Of a stretch of 64,000 nucleotides of DNA, positions 57,676 to 64,000 are shown one piece after another. The position numbers were made by a program, and so were the translations under genes. The DNA comes from Candidatus Poribacteria bacterium (GTDB lineage: Bacteria; Poribacteria; WGA-4E; PCPOR2b): contig OZ242326.1 of assembly GCA_965208325.1 (NCBI GenBank), positions 2,688,001-2,752,000 of the forward strand, given 5' to 3'. The notes under the pieces were generated by a model that was not told where the DNA came from, searched no databases, and saw only the letters and a program-made list of their open reading frames with translations. Within the stretch, counting starts at the first letter, position 1. Every line of letters begins with the position of its first letter.

Positions 57676-60030
57676 CTAATCCCTAACAACCAGCGTTCGG
57701 CTCGACGAACGCCCTTCGTCGTCAACGCAGGTCAGTTGATGCCTCCCCGCAATGGGCGTTAAAAAAACCGGCTCGCCGGGCGCCCCTTTAAAAATCAATT
57801 CTCCATTCACAAACCAGAAAACCTGTTTCGTTCGATTGGACACGGACGCAGCTAAAAGGAGTTTTTGATATTCAAGTTCCACACCCGACCGAATGAGGTA
57901 TTCGCTGTCCTCTGACGGCGATCGAATGACGGGTCCTTGTCCGGCAACGACCCCAACGCAATCTGGATTGTGCGGCGGAATCGGTTGAATCGCGCAGCCG
58001 TTTTTGCTCAACCATGTCCCGACCGCCGGATGCCACTCCTCAAAGACCGCGTGATGGTAAGATCTCCCGATTCGGCAGTGCGAGCAGAGCGACGCCCCGG
58101 TTTCATTATCGATTGTAATTTGCTTGTGAACGCGGCACGGCATGTTGGTAGAGCGGTTAGCGATGTAATCGTCAACTTTGGTGGTCGGACAGTTCGCCGA
58201 CGTCAGCATCCCGCTTAAGGCGCATACCTCTCGCGTGCTGACTTGATATGGACGCGTATACCATCGGTTGGCAGTGGAGTTCGTCAGCGCATTGAACAGC
58301 GCAAATAGAATCGGCGCCGCAACTTCGGACCCCACGAGCGACGGCGCACCGTGCCCGTCGAAGTTTCCCACCCAAACCCCGATTGTGTATGACGGCGTGT
58401 ACCCGACGCTCCACGCATCTCTATGTCCGTAAGAAGTGCCCGTCTTCCATGCGACCTTGGGTAGGTTTATCGACGCTTCATAGGCGGTAGGCAAATCCGG
58501 GCGGCGTACTTCCGTCAACATCTCTGTAAGAATGAAACTTGCGCCCCTGCTCAAAAGCCGCTTGGCGGAAGGAGCGGGCACAGTGTCTCCGCTCGGTTTA
58601 ATCAACTGATGCTGCCCAAACTCCCCAAGATTGGCGAGTCCGGCGTAGAGCGCTGTCAACTCCAGCAATGTAACCTCGCAACTGCCCAAGATTAACGACA
58701 ATCCGTAGTGTGGCTTAGGCTCTGATAGTGTAGAAATCCCAGCCCGTTTGAGAAAAGTGTAGATGCCGTCATTGCCGAGTTGCGCGCATAGGTTAACCGC
58801 GGGCACGTTGAGCGAATGGGCGAGCGCATCCCGCGCCGTCACATAACCGCGGTAATCCCCGTCATAGTTGACAGGGGTGAAGCCTGCGTAATCGACGGGA
58901 ACATCGTGCAAAAGGCTTTCCGGCGTGATCAATCCTCGCTCTAAAGCCAACCCAAAGATGAACGGCTTGAGCGCTGAACCTGGCGAACGCGGAGCCATTG
59001 CACCGTTGACCTGACCCTCGCTTGGGTAATCGAAGAAATCGTGCGAGCCGACCATCGCCAGCACTTCTCGGCTTTTCGTATCCATCACCACAACCGCACC
59101 GGTCGAAATGTCCGCCCGCCTCACGGGCGCGAGATGTTCACGAAGTACGCGCGCCGACAGTTCCTGGACTTCGGAGTCGATTGTCGAATAGATTAGGTGA
59201 CCATTGGACGACTCTGTTTTCGCCAGCAGCCGAGCTAAGTGGGGTGCCTTAAACGGCATTAGGTAACGTTTCGCCGGAATTGAATCGCTGGCGGCTTCTT
59301 GCATCTCGCTCAAGCCGATTTTCCCAAATCTGCGCATCTGCCGCAGCACCTTCTTTCGCGCTGCCCGCGCGTTATCCGGATAAACATCCGGCCGCAGATA
59401 CGTCGGCGAGTTCGGAATAGCAGCCAGCAGCGCGGCTTCCCCTAAACTGAGGCGGCTTTGGGGTTTATTGAAGTAGACGCGAGACGCCGCTGCAGACCCA
59501 ACGATATTGCCGCCGTAGGGCGCCATGTTGAAGTAAATGGTCAAAATTTCGTCTTTAGTGTAGGCAAGTTCAAGCTGGAGGGCGCGGAACATCTCAACCA
59601 ATTTGTTCGGAACCGTACGCGCTTTCGGCTCCATCATGCGCGCAACCTGCATTGTTATGGTCGATCCGCCTCGGACGATTTTCCCCGCCTTAATGTTGTC
59701 GATCGCCGCTTGCAACATTGAGAACGGATTAATCCCAAAGTGACGGTAAAACCAGCGGTCTTCGTATGTCAACACCGCGCTTTTCAGCTTTGGCGAAATC
59801 TCATCCAAGGAGGGTTCGGGGATGTGCCACGACTCGTCGGTCGCGATGAAAGCCCGGAGCCATTCGCCGCTGCGGTCGAAAACTATGGTTGAAGCCGGCA
59901 GATGCAGCTTCTCCACAGGCAGCGGGTACAGCCGATTCGCCAACTGGAACAGCACTAATGGAACGAGCACGGTTCCTGATATCAGATAGAGGTGCAACCG
60001 GACCCGTTTCGAATGTAGGTATTTACGCAT
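57676..60030 (-). CDS. pbpC: penicillin-binding protein 1C
   Basis: EDRWFYRHFG, GGSTITMQVAR, SALKPF, SLNVPAV, KTGTS, C-terminal BiPBP domain; follows the A2M gene. Confidence 0.95.
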   Translation of the reverse strand: MRKYLHSKRVRLHLYLISGTVLVPLVLFQLANRLYPLPVEKLHLPASTIVFDRSGEWLRAFIATDESWHIPEPSLDEISPKLKSAVLTYEDRWFYRHFGINPFSMLQAAIDNIKAGKIVRGGSTITMQVARMMEPKARTVPNKLVEMFRALQLELAYTKDEILTIYFNMAPYGGNIVGSAAASRVYFNKPQSRLSLGEAALLAAIPNSPTYLRPDVYPDNARAARKKVLRQMRRFGKIGLSEMQEAASDSIPAKRYLMPFKAPHLARLLAKTESSNGHLIYSTIDSEVQELSARVLREHLAPVRRADISTGAVVVMDTKSREVLAMVGSHDFFDYPSEGQVNGAMAPRSPGSALKPFIFGLALERGLITPESLLHDVPVDYAGFTPVNYDGDYRGYVTARDALAHSLNVPAVNLCAQLGNDGIYTFLKRAGISTLSEPKPHYGLSLILGSCEVTLLELTALYAGLANLGEFGQHQLIKPSGDTVPAPSAKRLLSRGASFILTEMLTEVRRPDLPTAYEASINLPKVAWKTGTSYGHRDAWSVGYTPSYTIGVWVGNFDGHGAPSLVGSEVAAPILFALFNALTNSTANRWYTRPYQVSTREVCALSGMLTSANCPTTKVDDYIANRSTNMPCRVHKQITIDNETGASLCSHCRIGRSYHHAVFEEWHPAVGTWLSKNGCAIQPIPPHNPDCVGVVAGQGPVIRSPSEDSEYLIRSGVELEYQKLLLAASVSNRTKQVFWFVNGELIFKGAPGEPVFLTPIAGRHQLTCVDDEGRSSSRTLVVRD

Positions 60031-60102
60031 TTTCGCCTCTGATTAGGTTGCTTGACAATCACGGTCGAACGATATCAATGTGACTCCACGTTCGTTCAAA
60101 AA

Positions 60103-63100
60103 TTACTCCACAACACGTATCCTCCCGCTCGATGCCGCCGAAGATTTCGTTGGATCGTACATGGCTTCGGCAGCTACCGGCGGCAGTGCAAAATCGCCGC
60201 GGGTCACGGCTCGAAGGGCATAGTAAAACTTCTGCTCCTTCTGGCGCGGGAATTTACCGAAAAAGATGAGGCGGTCATCGCGGATATCCATGTAGTCCGG
60301 TTGAAATCCACTCTTGGAAATCCACGGCACACCGGCACGCGACTCCAAGCGCGGATTCTCAATTTCAAAACCCGCCGGCAAGACATCTACCACGGCGACG
60401 TTTTCCAGCGTATCGGTCAACGCCTTAATCGTAATCTCCGCAACGAGCAGACCGCCATGCTGAAAATTCCCGTCTTCAATCGGTACGCCGTTTTCAGAGA
60501 AATAGCTGCGCCTCACCTGCAGTTCATTGTCAAACTCCTGAATAGTTGAATTGGTCTGAACACCGAATGCCGTCCAATAATAGTAACAATTCCCGGTGCC
60601 CTCGACGTTCACCTGAATCTGCGCCCCGCCCCAGTTTTCGTTCGCAAATTGCTGCTCCGCGGCGTCGAAGTCCGCGAATTGCTCGCCGTTCAGCGCCACT
60701 GTACCGATGTAGTCGCTCTGCATCTGTGTTTTGAAGGTTTTGCCAAGTGCGAGAAATGCGAACGCATTCTCCTGCGTCGTGTACCAGCGATTGTTGTTCG
60801 AAGCGGAATCGGCGAGACGCTTAACAAGGTTCGGAATTGAGGGGTGATTTGGATTAACCTCTGCCAATACATCTAGCATTATGGCTTGCGCACGGACGGA
60901 CGAGTTTAAGTTGCCTCCCGATTCGCGCACATCATCATCAGTTCGTGGGGCGACGGTGGTGGGAAGCATGGATAGGGCGGTGTTAAGGTCACCTGAGAGT
61001 GCAAAAGCGCCAGCAAGCTGAAACTGGCTGTAATCGCTGAGTGAATCCAGGCGGTTGTTCTTCAAGTAGACCATCGTGCTCTTTTCTGGGTGCCCGGCCG
61101 CGGCTAACACATAGCAGGCGTACGCAACGCGCTCCATTTCATGTCTGACATCGCCGCCGCTCTGTTTTGCCTCATGCTTCAGTCCCTTCAACATCGCATC
61201 GTAGACGCGGTCAGAAACCTGATACCCAGCCTTCCGCGCTTCAACCAAAAAGTGCGCGGCGTAGATGCTGCCCCAATGGTGCGTGTGTGTCTCGCCCGGC
61301 CAATACGCAAAATAATTGGAGGGCAGGAGCATACTTTCAAGCTTTGCAATGCCCTCCATGATAAAATAGTCTGAACCGCCGCTCTGGAACAGTTCCGGTT
61401 CAACCAAACGTGCAAACTCGTCGAAATAGAGCAGCGGAAAGACCATTGAGGTCGCCTGCTCGATACAACCGTGCGGATAGCTCAATAGATACTGAAGTCC
61501 GCCCGCGAATTGCACCGCGGGGAAGGGCGAAATAGTAAGCGTATACGCCGCTGTCCCTTCGATGAAGTTCGACGGGAAGGTAAAGTCCGCCGGTTGACTC
61601 GCAGAAACCACACCAAAACCTGTCAGGGTCACTGGCGGCGCCGCTGGACGTAGCGGGAGGTGGGTCGCAATCTGGGAACGCTCACCGTTGCCCGCTGCGG
61701 AGAGATTGAACCTGACTTCCCCCATCGCATCTGAGGCCTCAAGATTGAATAAGACCTGCTTTTCTGTTTCAAGGTCAAGATGAACCGACTGCGTGTGGCC
61801 GCCGGTGATGTCAACAAACGATGTCGCACTCAATTGGACTTCAAAGTCCCCCGGTTTGCCGGTACCGTTAAAAACAGTAACCGGAACTCGGAACCGGTCG
61901 CCGCCAGAGATAAAGCGGGGAAAAGTCGGCGTCATCACAATCGGCTCGCGCACGCTGACAAACGCTTGCGCCGAACCGAATCGATCGCCGTCAAACGCAA
62001 CTGCCATCAAACGTAACTGCCCGTTAAAGGTCGGCACATCAAACCGAACCACGCCCTTTCCGGCGGCATCCGTTTTGAGCAGGCCAGACCACAGCGAAAC
62101 CGGCTTGACCCGTGTCACGCTAATAGTGCTAAGACGCTTTTTGCGCCCCGCTTCGATGCCATCACCGCCGCCCGTGCTCAAATCCCCTTTTGCAGCTTCT
62201 ATCTCCGGCAAAATTGCGGAATACAGGTCATAGGACGCGGTGTTTAGCCCGCGCTGTTGGAAGAAAAAGCCGTGCGGGTCGGGCGTCCGAAAATCGGTCA
62301 ACTGGAGTATGCCCTCGTCCACTGCCGCAATCGTGACATGCCTCGCACCGGAACCGCCTTTAACACGGAACCCAATCTCAACCGTCCGGTTTGGACGAAT
62401 CTTCTCGGGTGCATTGAGTTGAACTGCTAACCGCTTCGCCTCGCTATCAATCTTTAGCGGCGCAACGCCAAATGCACGCGCCGGGGCGTGTCGTTCCAAC
62501 GACTTCGTCGAACGGATGAGATTAGCAGAGATGTAAACGTTCGGTGCGTATTCGGCGCGAACCGGGATGTCAATTACGGCTGTATTCTCGCGTAGCATAA
62601 CTGTCCGATAACTTAATGGGTTGTCCCGCTCAATTGTTAAAATAAGTTTCCCTGAGAAGGGCGCTTTAATCTGTGCCTTAGCGATTTCGCCTGGTTGGTA
62701 CGCCGCTTTATCAAGGTCAATCTCTATACGGCCGGGTTGGTCCATCGCCCAAGGTGCGTAGCCCCAGCCGGTGACGGTGAAGTTTGTCGATGTTGACGCA
62801 CCGGATGCCAAGTCTCGAAGCTGAACTCGGTATTCCCCGTATTCGCCCGGTGAAAAGACGATGGGTTTGATGCTGCCAGACGATACCAGCGGATAAGACT
62901 CGACTTCAATCCCCTGCTTTTCTGAAACATATTTATAGCGTCCGCGATTATCGCGTTTTAAAATTGTGTTCCACTGAAGTTTGAAAAGTGTCAACTCCAA
63001 ATCCCGTCCCGGCGCAGGAATTCCCTCCTTGTCGAGGGCGATGTATTCAAACCGGGTCTCCGCGTTGATTTTCACATGCCATTCCGATACCCTACGGATA

Positions 63101-64000
63101 CCGGGGTAATGAGAGTAGGGGTGAATAGTAATGCGGTGGTAAGCACTCACAGCTCTGCCGCCCGGTTCGCTGACCGTCGCCGCGACAACGCCGCGCAAAG
63201 CGGACGGGGATTTCAGACCCGCAGGAATTTTCAGCTGATAGGTCGTTTGGCCGTTTTCGTCCGTCTGCGTTTCGCCCAAATCGATGCGTTGTTTCTGGAA
63301 CCCAATCTCGGCGTCGTTGAAGGTAAACGAACGCCATTCCGCCGGAGCAAAAATGTCCGCCTCAATATCGCATGCCGCTTGCGCCCTTCTCCCTACCGCC
63401 GGCGGCCCAAACAAGTTCACCGCCGCAACACTGATTTCCGCTTCATCGCCAAGGGCATAGACCGGTTTATCTGTGTTGAGCTTGACCTTAATCCTATCCG
63501 GCACAAATTCCTCAACTTGAAAATGCGAACGTCCAATTTCCTGGTCGGCAACTAACAACTTGGCAGTATATCTTCCCGTCTTCACATAGGGTGGCAGTGC
63601 AATCTGAAATTCGCACGCCCCTTCCGTATCGGTTTGAGCCCGGAACTCTCGCATTATCCGCCGGTTTGGCCCCAGCACCCGCATCAGCACCGGAAATCGC
63701 GGCGGTGTCGCACGATTTACTGCACGTACAATCCCCACCACGTTGGCGACCTCTCCGGGACGGTACACACCGCGGTCGGTGTAGATAAACGCCTCATATC
63801 CCCGACTCAGGTACGGTGCACCCGTGACATCGAAATCGGTAGTAGCAAGTTTATGTTGATTCAATTGAATGAACGCGAGGTCGCTCCCCTTGGCAGCGGT
63901 GACCATGAACGGCGTGAAATCCTTAATCTTCTCCACGATAGACGTAAACTTGACCCAACCATTTTCATCGGTCGTACCGCTCAACAAGGTCTGGTTGTTG
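60103..64000 (-). CDS. bacterial alpha-2-macroglobulin (5' end outside the window)
   Basis: TDRGVYRPGE, VEEFVPDR, AAVDEGIL, YPHGCIEQ thioester motif, WYTTQE, EAMYDP. Confidence 0.95.
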   Translation of the reverse strand, partial: NNQTLLSGTTDENGWVKFTSIVEKIKDFTPFMVTAAKGSDLAFIQLNQHKLATTDFDVTGAPYLSRGYEAFIYTDRGVYRPGEVANVVGIVRAVNRATPPRFPVLMRVLGPNRRIMREFRAQTDTEGACEFQIALPPYVKTGRYTAKLLVADQEIGRSHFQVEEFVPDRIKVKLNTDKPVYALGDEAEISVAAVNLFGPPAVGRRAQAACDIEADIFAPAEWRSFTFNDAEIGFQKQRIDLGETQTDENGQTTYQLKIPAGLKSPSALRGVVAATVSEPGGRAVSAYHRITIHPYSHYPGIRRVSEWHVKINAETRFEYIALDKEGIPAPGRDLELTLFKLQWNTILKRDNRGRYKYVSEKQGIEVESYPLVSSGSIKPIVFSPGEYGEYRVQLRDLASGASTSTNFTVTGWGYAPWAMDQPGRIEIDLDKAAYQPGEIAKAQIKAPFSGKLILTIERDNPLSYRTVMLRENTAVIDIPVRAEYAPNVYISANLIRSTKSLERHAPARAFGVAPLKIDSEAKRLAVQLNAPEKIRPNRTVEIGFRVKGGSGARHVTIAAVDEGILQLTDFRTPDPHGFFFQQRGLNTASYDLYSAILPEIEAAKGDLSTGGGDGIEAGRKKRLSTISVTRVKPVSLWSGLLKTDAAGKGVVRFDVPTFNGQLRLMAVAFDGDRFGSAQAFVSVREPIVMTPTFPRFISGGDRFRVPVTVFNGTGKPGDFEVQLSATSFVDITGGHTQSVHLDLETEKQVLFNLEASDAMGEVRFNLSAAGNGERSQIATHLPLRPAAPPVTLTGFGVVSASQPADFTFPSNFIEGTAAYTLTISPFPAVQFAGGLQYLLSYPHGCIEQATSMVFPLLYFDEFARLVEPELFQSGGSDYFIMEGIAKLESMLLPSNYFAYWPGETHTHHWGSIYAAHFLVEARKAGYQVSDRVYDAMLKGLKHEAKQSGGDVRHEMERVAYACYVLAAAGHPEKSTMVYLKNNRLDSLSDYSQFQLAGAFALSGDLNTALSMLPTTVAPRTDDDVRESGGNLNSSVRAQAIMLDVLAEVNPNHPSIPNLVKRLADSASNNNRWYTTQENAFAFLALGKTFKTQMQSDYIGTVALNGEQFADFDAAEQQFANENWGGAQIQVNVEGTGNCYYYWTAFGVQTNSTIQEFDNELQVRRSYFSENGVPIEDGNFQHGGLLVAEITIKALTDTLENVAVVDVLPAGFEIENPRLESRAGVPWISKSGFQPDYMDIRDDRLIFFGKFPRQKEQKFYYALRAVTRGDFALPPVAAEAMYDPTKSSAASSGRIRVVE

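Overview
64-kb window from a diderm (Gram-negative-type) bacterium. The gene content suggests Candidatus Poribacteria (inference only): WD40 proteins with 'ALLQNYPNPFNPETWIPYQL' C-terminal domains, a LamG protein ending in 'AVNPSAKLAVTWGSMK', and PhyH, Gfo/Idh/MocA and amidohydrolase enzymes. Left: a minus-strand housekeeping block (tatA-tatC-Zn-ribbon, yggS-proC-yggT-ABM, lspA-hyp-def-fmt-PASTA-rpe), an MntR/DtxR regulator with a palindromic operator, an acyl-CoA synthetase, an oxidoreductase, a PLP decarboxylase and a porin. Middle: a TonB-dependent receptor, four tandem secreted WD40+CTD paralogs and a second TonB receptor, with two sigma54-type promoters. Next is a three-gene respiratory operon: an FMN-binding/cytochrome-b562-like fusion, a Rieske protein and cytochrome b, with no c-type cytochrome. 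This operon is the most unusual system in the window. Right: yebC-ruvCAB, hicB plus a broken hicA, queA-yajC, a GldA/F/G-like ABC system with DUF4340, a catabolic enzyme cluster interrupted by an IS4-family element with a nonsense mutation, a fifth WD40 gene, pbpC and a partial alpha-2-macroglobulin gene. Several GTAG-type REP-like repeats occur. No rRNA, tRNA or CRISPR array was recognised. All calls are by eye; no database searches were run.
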